Source of the DNA: Ruditapes philippinarum
Taxonomy: Eukaryota
Reading direction: 5' to 3'
NCBI RefSeq assembly: GCF_026571515.1
Contig: NW_026852212.1
Span: forward strand, 62,001 to 126,000
DNA length: 64,000 nt
The notes under the pieces are model-generated. The model searched no databases, was not told the DNA's origin, and saw nothing but the letters and a program-made list of their open reading frames with translations. The translations under genes were made by a program, and so were the position numbers. Of this stretch, positions 38,432 to 52,400 are shown one piece after another (positions within the stretch are counted from its first letter, which is position 1; each line of letters starts with the position of its first letter).

Positions 38432-41400
38432 CGTCAATTTATATTGGTTCTCGATTCGTTCTTTCGATGACGTCACATATAATTCTCCAGCAACAAGTTC
38501 GATGATTATGTCACAATAAGGGATACAAATCGGAAAGCTCACATATGAATAGTTCCTGTTTTATTTGCTAACGTTACCTCAATTCGATTTTACACGTCAT
38601 TTCGTGATATTCAACAATTATTTTTCCTCCTTAACCACCTTGCGTAAATACAAAATATAACTACAATATACAGTCATTGAACATTGGTAACAAATATAAT
38701 AAGTCGAACGAATAAATGTTCGGACCTTAAGTAAAATATGTGATAAATAATCCGCGTGTATGTAAATGATAAAGTTACCGCATGTTAGATAAACTTAAGT
38801 TCCAATAATGTAACAGGTACCTTACTATCTACGCACGATTAATTTTATGCACAGGGAACGTTCTACGTTATCGCCTTAGTGATTTAATAGTAAAATTTAA
38901 AAAATGCAAGTCAGAGAGGTAGTTGACATCTTACTTATATTATCAAATAATTTGCTATGACAACAATTTCATTTAGAATTTGAACTGCTGTTTATAGAAT
39001 GTGATGGAACAAAAAAATCATCGACCTCTGCCATCATGAAAATATATGTTCTGTAATCAGAGCGCGCGGTACTTTATCGAATCTTAGATGTTGCCCTACT
39101 TTCTCATCCTATGGAATCGTATGGATTCGATAAGATAAAAATAACCATCACGTAAAACGTTCTTCATGAAAACAACTATTTCTGCAGATATAATGTGGGT
39201 TTTTTGTACCGTAGAAATAATTTCAACTCTTTTACCAGGTGACAAATGGAATTTTAAGTTTTTCCATGTCTCGTACGCGCTTGAGCATAAATTCATGATA
39301 TGATATCATCTAAGCATTGCATTTAACACAGCATGAAATTGTTTTGAAAACCTACATGATAAAGTCAAGTTAGATTTGCAAACAAAAAAGAACATATATT
39401 AAAACAATCATGTTTTTAATATTAGACTGTCGAATACACATGAATGTAATGAAAACTGAGGATGAAATTCGCCATCACACGACACAGTATATTTCTTTAT
39501 AGCACATTCATTAGGTCATGGGCCAAATGTCGCAGTGAATAAATCTTTTATCCAACCAGTGACACTCGGGTTCAAATGTTTAAAAAAATCAGCACTTTTG
39601 AACTTCTTGAAAAACATCTGCTAGTCCAAGGTTTTCGCAAATAATATGCTTTCACTTGCTATTTATTTTAAAACTGATTTAGTGTCAAACTTTTGTCAAA
39701 GAAACATCCATTTAAAATAAGAACAAAAACTTCATCGCTGAGAATGAAACGTAAGCACCATAGTAACGGACCATAATGCCATGTATTTCAAATTTTGTTT
39801 ATAGCGAATCAGTCACATTCCTGGAAAATGTTGAATGTATTGTGACCTTTGGGAAGTCAATATCTAAATCGCTCAAAACTTGCAAAATAATATAGAGCTC
39901 TTACTTTTACTGCAAAGCTAGACGTTAGAGAGTTACTTACATAGGATTGTATGCATTGTATATATCAAAGTAATTGAAGAAAATGTGCTCCCTTTTAAAT
40001 CATAAGTCTTTTATGATAACATGTTTCACTTTATAGAATAAACAAGACATAGTTGTAACAGAAAATATCAAAACAGCTTTTAGTGGCATAAAGGTTAGTA
40101 TTCCCCTTATCACTGCGTAGTTCATTTTGTTTTTACCTTAAATGTGTTGTCTGTATCATGCATAGATAGACTGCAACATAAAAATACAACTACAAAAAAC
40201 AAATAATAATAATAATACCAATAATGAAGCAATGGTTGTGTCAAAAAATTGGCTTCTAGTAGTAAGGAATACCAGTGGTACATTAAATTTTGACTCCATT
40301 GAAAAATGGCCCCAGTGGTATATTTTTAACATTGAGAATTGACCCTGTCTATATTTTAACATTTCATTTTGATACAAAAGTCTTTGAAATCTTATCAGTG
40401 ATTAAATAACAATGAAATATTATAATATTTAATTTCAGTTTATCATGCCATTAATGTGTTGATACAGTTAAGAGACAAACTTATTTTTAATAATAGCAAT
40501 ATGAAACAAAATGTTTTCGTTTAATATACAACGAATCTAGGAAATTCTACAGTGTGCTTCTAAATCATATGCATAAATTTGTCATAGTCAAATCAGTGTA
40601 TAAATTATTTGAGAAATCATGTCACTTAAACGATTTGGTCATATATCATGGTACAAGTTACATCTAAGAATGAAAATTATGATGAATGAATAGCCTCTGT
40701 TCTAGTAATTCATCGTAATATCTCCTTGATTCTACACAAATTAGATATACGCAGAAACGCAATTGTGCAAGTACAGGACGTTCGTTTCGGTTGCAGATGA
40801 GTTTAAGTAGGTATGGCTTTTGCTCGGTTTCGCTCTTGAATAGTATATTATTATGCTCTATGTCTATGAGTCACTTTCTCACTAAGTTCTAACTAATATT
40901 TACAATACACACTTCAGTGTTAGTCTTTATTCAATTGAACAATTGTTTAAGTTTTCTATCACAACTGTTTTGATATCATCACATTGACTTTCACTTGACC
41001 ATTTGATAGAATTGTAATCCATTTTGAATACGTGCCTTGTATTTCTTTTCGTCCATTAAGATTAACCTGTTCGATATACTTATCATGTCAATCCATCTTC
41101 TTTGCTTTGTTGTTATGCAACCAATGTCACCTATAATTGGTAAAATAGAAGCAAATCTGTGATCTCTCATGTAATGTCTTTTGAAAATGGCGCTGTTTAT
41201 TTTCAAGTGATTGGACGTAACTAGAGCAAGCTTATTTTGGGTACAAAATAAAAGCATTACTTATTTTGGGTTAAGACAAAAATTGCAACTGTGTATGTAC
41301 CGTGCTTTGATAAAGACCAAACTATTGGAACTTTCTTGTTTAAAGCTACTTATTAGTTTGATTAATTCATGAAGCTGAATAAACATGAACAAAGATTAAT

Positions 41401-41509
41401 ATTTATACATACTGTACAAAATGTACATGTTCTTTTAATAACAAAGAAATTCTGCCTTTTAATGTAATTTACTACGAAAACGGATTGAACTTTGACATCT
41501 CTTAACATT

Positions 41510-44500
41510 TCAATTCCCACCTTCAATTTTAAACATGATATTGGCTTTTTCTGATCTTTTATTAACTCTTTTCATTAAATTGAAAGACACCATAGCAAAA
41601 ACGAAGGTTGCAAACATAGAAAAACTCAAAAATATATTTGAATAAATGAACCACATTTGTGAAACTTTGTCCATCAGATATCCAACTAAAATAGGTACAC
41701 CCATCTTCCCAACGCTCATAAAGATAAAGAAAATGCTCGCCATTTTACCCGTCAAATTGCAAACATTTTTAGACAACCATGAAAATACTAAGCTAAATAA
41801 AACAGACATTCCGAAACCAATAACTCCAATAGACAACCACTCCAAAATGATTTGATCAAATATCACAGCTAGGAAAAACAACACCGAACCTGAAGTATAT
41901 ATAAAACTAAATATGAAAATCATTGAGGACATACTAATGAACTTTATAACAACAATTCCAACTAATCGGCCAACTGAAAAAGTAATCCAAAATACAGAAG
42001 ACGCAACAGATCCCATTGCCTTACTCCATTTTCGCTCAGATACTAAAAATGTCATAAGAAAACCTATAAAACTAGTCTCACTAACACTATAGAGCAACAT
42101 AGCCGATGCTAATAGCATGGTAAATGTATATTTCATCCTCTTACTTAAGAAGTACCGATTTCGATTTGATCTTATTTCACAATCAGAAACATCATTAAGG
42201 GTGTTATATACACTGCCGTAAACGCAGTAAATCACAACATAAAAACCGACAGACAGTAAACAAAGGAGTGACGTCATACTATATGGAATATAAATTAATG
42301 TTTCGCCGTATTTAGTTACAGAAGCGTTGCCATTTATTTGTTCACTTTGACTTTCAGTAACAGCTTTTACATTTCCTGTGGGTTTCAAATACTTTGTTGC
42401 CAAAGTGGAAGTATTTGAAACAAGTGGTTCAAAATCAGAGTGAAAACTAATTAAATCGGCTAAAAAAGGCTCTGCAACCAAAGGGGATAAAATCGCTCCA
42501 GCACTGAACGCAAATTGCACAGCTTGCATATACGGTCCGGCTTTCTGTTTCCATACCATGGCCATGTCAGCTGTTGCCGCTGAAGATGAGAAACAAAAAA
42601 TGTACATGTCAATTATTACCCACCTTTCCATGTTACATTACGACTCTTAAAATATTGTGAATCACTACCGTAATTTTCAAAACAACTCTCATTGGTAAAA
42701 AAACAGCTCTTTATTCAAACATTTAATAACATGTAAATAAACAAAACCAATCTGTATCAGTTACTAATTCATAATTGAACAAAAGAGACATGTGAATTTT
42801 TGTTAAATAACCTGTGCGAAGTCTTTTTTAAAGATATTCTATGCTCATCCTTGAGTACAATATTTTTATCACCGACATTTATTGAAACCTATGATATTCT
42901 TATTGAATATGACTAATTTGAATAAAAGAACTATTTAACTACATGTATGTATGAGAAGCTACGTTCCCTATTACGGGACAAGTAAATAAACAAACTGCCA
43001 GTTTTTTAATGACAATATATTCTGACTACCTATAGTGTGTAGAATTTTAAACATGACCTATTTACTTTGTATTTATGGTATTTACATGATGTAAACAAGG
43101 AGACTCTTAACATGATAACAGCCGTAACAGACGTGCTAGGGGGCGTGGACGGTAACTTGCACTTTCCAGTACCGTCCATTACCAGGCTCAATCAAACCGA
43201 GCCTGCAACATTTTCAATTTTTCCGTGTTGGGCTTTCTTTAGGGATTCTGTATTTATCTATCTTAACAATTATCAATATAACCTAATATGAAATTTGAGC
43301 ATAGTATATCTTTAAATAAGTTTTCATTTAACGTTTAGATAAAAATAAAACCTGTTTCAAGAGAAGTTGCGCAAACCCCGTAAAACCCATGAACGACCAA
43401 CATTGCCGCCAGGTGGTAGCACCAAGGTGTGAGGGCAGCCGAAACACCCATGACTATAATAGTGACGACGAAAACTCCGATTTTATTGAAACGATCATAA
43501 GCGAAACCGCCACAAATAGCTCCAAGTAATCCACTGAAAACAAATATATTCTCATGATAAGAGAATATTTGATCGATTTCGTAAAAGAGAAAATTATAAA
43601 ATCATTTTCACCATGAAAAAAATACGAATTAAAAAAAATTGTCATTATTTTAACCAAACATGACAAATGTGCAGACATTGTTTTCTTACATCAAAGTCAG
43701 GTTATACCCAGCTAACCACAATGCGGTCTTATAAACAATATGAAAAATTATTTGTAGATTGCTGCATAGTGGTTTGTTTGTCACTGACTTTACCCACAAA
43801 TGAAAGCTTACTATAGAACTCACTTGGCGACTTTACGAATGTGCGAATCTTTCGTGATGCATCAGTTAAGGTCGTTGACCCCGTTACGCTATTAGATATA
43901 TGTTTTTCTCATGATGAATACATGATAAAAGTCATGTATTGTTAAATAATGTTAACAGAATGATAGACAAATTGTAACACTTCCTAAAGAAATATGATAT
44001 ATTATAATTGATAAAACTATTAAATTCATCAAATATTTGAAAGTAATTTACTTGTAAGGCGTCCCTTAGAAACATTTTTAATTATCCATTATTCTTACTC
44101 GTATATAATTTTGAATTGTGTTACTCGTTTACCAAAAAAAAACAACAAAAAACAAACAGCCTTATACAAAATATTAAGTTAATATAAAAACATCTCTATC
44201 ATAGTGAAGAACATAATAATTACCCTAGTGACTTAGCTGATAATATCCCTGATGCCGTGGCAAGATTCTCGTCTATTATGATTCTAAGATCAGGTAAGGT
44301 TGGACCAATCAAAGCGTTTCTCCATCCCTGCAGCACAACAGAAGGGTAAATGATTTTATTCCTCTGTAAGAGCTCTATATTTCCGGCCTATTTATATTAC
44401 ATTTTAATTTATTTGGGTCGTCAGACAAAACAAATAATGGTAGCGAAATTTCAGACCCTGATATGCTAATTTGTAAAAAACGAAAGTAGACCGAGCTCCT

Positions 44501-45451
44501 CGAAGCGGTTACTTTCCTTTAAAAGTACAATAACGTCGAAAAAAATTAAGGGGAGATCACTGCGGAAAGATTGCCGAATGTCAGGCGCATTATTATTAAG
44601 CCTTCCCGGGTAAAAAAAATATTTCCCGATTGCTCGAAAATTTCTAATATTGTGTAATTCTTTACAGATGTACATGCTGATATTATGCTCTATGATTATT
44701 TACAACAGTGGTAAACAACAGTTGTACTGTGAACAAAATATCTCGAAATTAATAAGGGTTACAAACCCTAATTTAGAATAATGTGGATTTCTTTATGCTG
44801 TTTTCATATAACTTCCCCGTGGCCGATTGGTTACACGCTCGTGTAGGGAGCGAGACGTCTGGAGTTCAAATCCCAGTCAAGGCAACTCATGTTTTTTGTG
44901 TTTTTTTTAATTTGTTTTAATTGTTTAAGCCAAATAAACACTGAGTTGCAATTAGTCTTATAACCAATTACTACAGTTTTAAAACTGGAAACAGCATTGG
45001 TGGCATTATACAAAAACTAATTGGTTTATAGTCTCACAAACTTCAACCTTTCTGACATTCTGAGACCCGAAACAAATTCAGCGCCTTCTGTTCATTGTTT
45101 CTTTTATGTAGCTGATTTACTTTAACAGAGACCATGCTAAACTGATAATGTTTCTAGCTACATTGTATGTAATAAGTTTAAAGATTAAATTTGATGACAA
45201 ATTAATTTAAACTTAGATCTATAAAATGTCATTTCAATGTATGAAAGTGCAAGAAATAACAAAAACATTACCAGTGTAAAGATGCTGATACAGATACAAA
45301 CTGTGTGTAACATTTGATGCTTAAATGTCAAGTTCTCTTCATTTTTGTTTTGTACTTTCCCATTTCTCCGGTACTCTATAACTGTTTTGGTTGTCTCACT
45401 TGAGATAATTTCTTGCTTGCTTGTCGAATCATTTTGATCATGCATCATCAT
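41510..45451 (-). CDS. MFSD4B-like: MFS transporter copy 6 (A-type body, copy-8-like tail), about 511 aa, intact
   Basis: Exons 45451-45272, 44327-44224, 43533-43352 and 42579-41510; GT-AG, open frame. Confidence 0.9.
42832..43311. mobile_element. Same TTAA-flanked MITE as in copy 4, in copy 6 intron 3, with a nested ~140-bp insertion (~43115-43255)
   Basis: TTAA|AGATATTCTATGCTCA ... TGAGCATAGTATATCT|TTAA. The nested piece carries the caggctc-aatcaaacc-gagcctg hairpin. Confidence 0.75.
44400..45097 (+). mobile_element. ~700-bp insertion with an internal tRNA-like segment in copy 6 intron 1
   Basis: Same-site homologue of 32430-33145. ccgTGGCCGATTGGttaca...GAGTTCAAATCCc at 44817-44875. Confidence 0.6.
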
Positions 45452-48207
45452 TTCCTGTTGGTTCCTGTTACGTTCTTGTAGCAGTTCTTTACGATGAGTT
45501 CACAATTAAAGGGATAAGTAATCCACGTGTACTCGAATCGATAACGTCACAATTAGGAATAGATAATCCGAAAATTCACATTTTTATAGTTGCTAGCCTG
45601 ATTTGTTAACTTTAATAAATTTATCGTATAAATCATTTCGCAATATTTAACAATTATTTTGCAGTTTGTAAACCAGCTTGTATAAAATATGTTTATACAT
45701 ATAGAAAGAATTAAACACAAATTAGCGTAAACAAAATTCTGTGATTCAATCTTGATATCATTAGTCCAACCAAATATTTAGTAGAGTGTTCGTTTCCACC
45801 AATTAACCTTGAGTCAAATTTGTACACTGTATACATCACATACATGTAAATGAATAAAGTTACTCCATGTATAAACGTACCTTCGGATTAAGTTTACCTT
45901 ATTATCAGCACAAGATTAATATTATAATTAGAAATGGACGTGAACGACCTAGTAGTAACAATAAGATATATAAGTTATTTACCATTGATTATTTGAAAAA
46001 AAAGCATACACTGTTTCTTTTTATACCAAAATAGATGTTTTATGACAACGTATGACACTTTACAGATGGGGTAAGACATGTCGGCATTTGATACAAAAGT
46101 TAGGAACCCATGTTTCAGAATTCTAACACGTGTAACATAGTCAACTTGAAAACCAAATATGTCTCTGAATGAATGAATGAATGAATGAACGAATCATCTT
46201 ATTTATCAATCATCCTAAGATTTAGATTGATACTAAAATCAACAAACCTATTCTACTGTTAATACTTTTGTTCCTGCATTGTAAAGTGTATTTTTAAATG
46301 CAGCGTACATTCTATTTATATTGGAACAGAAGTTAGTCGATTTTGACATTTGAATTGTTTATCTAAAATAGTATAATTATATGTTAATAGAACTTGATTG
46401 ATATTTTAATTTCATGCATCAATTGAGCGAGATCATAGCTATTTCGATATTTCCATTTAAAGCCTTGAAATGTTATAGCGGTTATGTCGTTCAATTATAA
46501 CAATAAGTAATTAAAAGCTGTCCTTGACGTATCATAAAAATAAAATATATGGATACAATTACATATATTTTGACATTTAAGGTCTTATATATACTCATGG
46601 TCATAAAAGAATGAGCCTAAGAAGCAGACCATTTTATTATTTATTGTTTTATCATTCGTTAAAACAAAAAAGCTTTATACTTTGTTTAATTTGTTTGTAA
46701 GTATATCAAGCATGCAAGTCAGTCATATACATAAAGTCATATACATAAAGACACTCATGACACGTCGGAACATTAAATGAAATACAGTTACAAATGTTTT
46801 TGCGGGCCATATTAACTAGATAAACTACAAAAGTCTTTAAATTGAGTTAAAAGCTGGATAGACAGCTGTATTGACAGTAATTATAAAAGCTTTATCATGA
46901 ATTGAGACATTTGTATTAGGTCAGTCAGGTATTTGTGTTGTTCATTTGTTTTAATCAACATAAAAAGTATAAAAATTCAAAACTGCAAAAGCTTCATGAA
47001 ACTAAATCATTCGTTGTATAAAACAGACCATCTTCAAATATCAAAGACATTCTTCGTTAATCTTTTAACGGCAAAACGAAATGTTAGTTCACGTATAGGA
47101 CATGTGGAAATTTATGACCAACATGACTCCTGTTATTTTCCTTTATAATAATTATAGTTTTAGAAAAAAGTAAAAGTATACAGCTATTCCATGTGATTTG
47201 GGAAAAGTCAAACTGTTGGCCCGAGGCGGAGGGGGTAGTGTTTTGAACTGTTGCCCAAGGCCGTAGATTTGTAAATATATTTTGTCGGAAAAAAAAATGA
47301 CCACACAGCCATATAGCGTTGTAGCTATTTTTTATTGAGGTAATGCTCGTACGAAATATCACTTACCGCTTTGAGCAGACGCTCTGTTAAAATCGGAAAT
47401 GGTTGTTAGTAGAAGTAACAGGTGCATTTATTTAAATTGATGCTTATCGTGCACATGGAGATTATTGTGGCTGAAGATGTATTGCAGCTGATGGCTGATG
47501 CTACATTTAGATTTACAAATTAACCAAGTATTGCTTATTTTGGTTTCAAATTATGTTGTTTTTAAATAAACGATTGCAGCTTGATATAAACAAAGAACAG
47601 CACCTGGTCATATTTTTTGGATGTGTGCATTTCTTCATTAACATTTAAACATATAACTAAATTTTTGCAAATTATCAAGTTAACAACTGCTAAAATAATC
47701 AACAAATCAAAGATTAACATTCGAGTGAGGATGGTCTTTAAAAACATTTTACTTAATTTAAGATCAATTTGGTTTATTACATACATTCATGAAAGTGTAA
47801 GATTCACTATCTATGAATCCGAAATTGGGTCTGGATATCTTTAGCTTACTTCCGTAGTAAGCATAATACATGAACTAACACAAGTAAACACCCACAAAAA
47901 CAACATTAAAAGAATGGTTTGAAAATACGTTAACAGTACAGAAAAAAGAAAATGTTGTGAATGGTTTTATATTATCCCATTGAAAACATTTAAACATTAA
48001 CCTTATTGAATCATAGAAGATTTATCTACAAACTTGTAATAAAAAAATACTATTCTTCAGGAATATCTTTCAAATATATTTAGCAGATATGAATGCAATG
48101 CCCATAGTTTACAACATAAATTAAAAGTTAGTTATTACTTCAATACGTTGAATTGTTATAAACATGTATGGCAGACATTTTATAAAAATAAATGTATCAG
48201 CCGGTTA

Positions 48208-48934
48208 TTCCCTGCGGTCCGGAGACCGCAGGGTATTGGTACGCGTTTTACTTTTGAGGCATGGAGGAGAACGTGACCAGTTTTCGGTACATGGAGGAGC
48301 ATGTGATCTGTAAACCGTATACGATTGGTTAATTGACCTTTTCGTTAACCTGGCTTAATACCGTTTGTCGTTACTTTACGGAATTAACTCTAAGGAATTA
48401 TTCAGAATTAAACCTCTGAATTAAGAACAAAAACCTTTTACGTGATATTTCTAATTTTCTATAATTATTTCACCGTTTAAGATGGAAAAACTTGAATGAT
48501 TTATTTGAAAATTATCATTGTTTCTTTAATATATGTATCTCAAATTTTAAAAACAATAAATTGTATATACTGAAAATATACAAAATTAAAATATTCGTAG
48601 TGGCATTTTCCATAATAAATAGAAATATTTTCTGCGTAAACTTGTGTGTTTACTTTATTTATTTTTTTTTTTTTTTTGCTTTTAATTATTCATAATATGG
48701 TAGGCATATTTAATCACTTTCTTAAAAAGAAATACTTGTTTTATGTTCGACCTTCTCCGGTCATCAACGGTCACCAGTTTTGAAAGACCTTCTTCTATAT
48801 TGATCGATTATTGTCAACTATATTCCTGATATAAACGTTTATTTATTCTCCTCTGCCAAAACGGTGTTGAAAATAGTTAAATGAAATATCTTTATATCAT
48901 GAAAAATGTTTCCCGCAGGAAACCATTTTACTTG
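48208..48934 (+). mobile_element. Helentron/HINE-like insertion downstream of copy 7
   Basis: 5' hairpin ccctgcggtc-cgga-gaccgcaggg and 3' subterminal ccgcagg. Empty site cagccggtta|tagaac at ~18424. Confidence 0.65.
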
Positions 48935-49404
48935 TAGAACATTCTTATATGCGTTGTCCCAAAATTTTGAGAGAAAAAAAAGCCACCACATTTAAACACG
49001 TCAGAAAAGGCGCAATTCTATGATCTCTCACGTAATGTCTATTGGAATGGCGTTGTAGATAATTAAGTGATTGGAATGTTACCAGAGAAAGCTACTATTT
49101 CAGGTACAAAATAAAGCGTAACTTATTTTGGTTTCAAACAAGATTGCAACTGTGCATGTATCTTGTTTTTATAAAGACAAAACTAAAGGAATTTACTTTA
49201 GGAGTGTTAATGTTTAAAACTACAAAATTTAACTTCTACTTTGATAAATTCATCAACATATTTTACAAAATGGCATATTCATATAGAATTTTGTAATCAT
49301 AACACATGATAGTACTTTAAACAACAAATAAACACCTTCCTTTAATGTACTTAATATCGAAACAGACTGAACTTTGTCAACTCTTAAAATTTTACTTCTC
49401 ACCT

Positions 49405-52400
49405 TCAATTCTCACCTTCAAGTGTTAACATAACATTGGCTTTTTCTGATCTTTTATGAACTCTCTTCATTAAATTGAAAGAAACCATTGCAAAAATGAA
49501 GGTTGCAAACATACCAAAACTCAAAAAAATATTTGAATAAATGAACCACATTTGTGAAACTTTGTCCATCAGATATCCAATTAAAATAGGTACACCCATG
49601 TTCCCAACACACATAAAGATAAAGAAAATACTCGCCATTTTACCTGTCAATGTGCGGACATTTTTAGACAACCACGAAAATGGTAAACCAAATAGAACAG
49701 ACATTCCAAAACCAATGACTCCAATGGACATCCACTCCAATATGATTTGATCAAAAATCACAGCGAGCAGAAATATTACAGCACCGGAAGCACATGTGGA
49801 ACTAAATATGAGAATCATGGAAGACATACTGATAAATTTTATAATAACAATACCAGATAATCTTCCAATCCCAAAAGTAATCCAAAAGACGGAAGACGCG
49901 ACAGACCCCATTGCTTTACTCCATTTTCGCTCCGATACTAAAAATGACATAAGAAAACCAATGAAACTATTCTCACAAACGATATAGAGCAACATAGCCG
50001 AAGCTAACAGCATGGTAAATGTATATTTCATCCTCTTACTTAAGAAGTACCGATTTCCATGTGAACTTATTTCACAATCAGAAACATCATTTAGAGTATC
50101 ATATACACTGCCGTAAAAACATAAAATCACAATATAAAAACAGGCAGACAGTAAACAAAGGAGTGACGTCACACTGTATGGAATATAGATAAGAGTTTCT
50201 CCGTAATCAGTTACAAAAGTGTTGACATTGTTTTCTTCTTTTATTGCTAACTTTTCAGTCATAGTTTTAAATGTCTCTGTCGTTCCCAAATACGGCGGCT
50301 CAAACGATGATACATTTGAATCAAATGGTTCAAATTTGCCGGGAAAAGTAATTGTTTTGGCTAGAAAAGGTTCTGCGACCAAAGGGGATATAATCGCTCC
50401 AACACGTAAAGCAAATTGCATTGCTTGCAATAAAGGTCCAGCTTTCTGTTTCCACACAAGAGCCATGTCAGCAGTCGCCGCTAAAATTGAGAAATATAAA
50501 ATGTTAATGCCAAACATTTTGATATATTAAATTGTTTATATTTTTTTTGCCTTAAATTTCAACACTAAAAATCTGATAAAATACACATTCGATTATCATA
50601 ACAGCGTCCATTGTTATAAATACAGCACTACTCACACAAATTTAATTACATATGAATAGATTAATACCTATCTGTATCAAAAATCAATTCAACAGACAAG
50701 AGACACATGTAAATGTTAATAAAAAGCATGTGCGATTTCTTTATAAATAAGTATTACATTGACTAATAAATTTTAAACCTGTTTCAAGAGAAGCTGCGCA
50801 AATCCCGTGAAACCCATGAACGACCAACATTGCTGACAGGTGGTAGCACCAAGGTGTGAGTGCAGCAGAAAATCCCATTATTATAACAATAACGACAAAC
50901 ACTCCTATTTTATTGAAACGATCATAAGCGAAACCACCACAGATAGCTCCAAGTAACCCACTGAAATTAAACAATAATTTTAACAAACTCATTTTCAGTT
51001 TGAAAAATTACGAATTTAAAAGAAACAAACAATATTTGTTTTTTTCCTAATAAAATTGATACAAACTTGAAAATGCTTTGGGAGCGTTATATTCCTTTTT
51101 TTTAGTTTTAGGTGAAAATAATTCTTTTTTGATTCCTGCAGTGGTTCATCTGTGTCTGTTGCAGGTGTGAGTTACGTGACTAACTTGACCCATGGTCGTA
51201 TTTGTCAAATGCCCCACTTTATGATGTCTTCCGATGCAATTTACTGGATTGCTTTTTAATGTACAAATCATCCATGAAGCATCAATTGATATCCTTGGTT
51301 TTTAAAATATGTCTCGTTGTGCTGTTAAATTCATGCTTTTCTCATGAATCATGAAAACTTTGATAAATGACGAAAACGGGTAGATAAAAATGTAACCAAA
51401 GGCTCTCTTTTCGAAATGGATAATTTTGATACTTCTCAATTTTTGCTAAGCACCAAGTGTTTAAGTATGAAAATTTTCGGCACTGATTTGATTACCAAAA
51501 GTGATTTTAAATAACAATTTCATGTTTTATCAAATTAACTGAAAAACTATTTAACTTACTATTTTACTGACTTTTCTAGAGAAGAGAAAGTCCACCTTTT
51601 TGAACACGAAACTTAATTTTCAGATTTTAAGTTTAGAAGTTTAGACTAAATAGCGAGTATATGGCACATTGCTAAAGACAACTGCTTGTCAACGCCTTCT
51701 CACAGTCCTTGCGAGGATAGCGCTCAATTGAATCAACATGACCTTAATCCTTTGGATGCTTCTATGATGCACTGCTAAGCAGATATCCGTACCTACAGCT
51801 CATTCCACATGCTTAATTGGAATTAGGATTTAGGTAGGTTGATCGAGCAGACCAGTGAAGGCGGTACGTACCCTCCCTATGCAAATAATCCTTGTCAGGC
51901 CCTGTGGGGACACGCATTATCGTCTATTAAAATGAACGTACCTCTATTTAGCACAGGGAGACCAAGATGATTCCTCCTCACACGATAACTTATCTAACCC
52001 CGTAGCGGTTGTGCTCAGGAATGTTTTCGGTTTTAAACCTTTCGAAAGGTTGTCACCAAACGTCTGTCAATAAAGTATAGGCTCATCAGTGAAAAGAACA
52101 TGCCTTCTGTTTTGTCTGGTTTACCTAACATGCTCACTCGCTCATTCTAAACAGGCCTCTGGGTGAATTCTTAAACAGGGTCTTCCTGATTGCAGATTAC
52201 CCTCGTGTAACCTCCTACACACTGTCTAAGTACAAACATTGACCCAAGAAGCATTAAGAAGGTCACTTTGAAGATGTGTTGTGTATGCAAACCGTCCTCG
52301 ACGAGTCTAGATGATCAAGAATCGATTTCGATCTGCTTTCGTCACCCTTTAGTTTCCTCTGTCATAGATTCTGACGGTTGTACCATACTACCGGAACCAT

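Noticed and set aside
40991-41257. Conserved small ORF MLLFCTQNKL... (also in 56078..56512) downstream of copies 6 and 8
   Set aside because: It lies in duplicated 3' flank and is disrupted in the third homologue (29050-29230); no coding signature.
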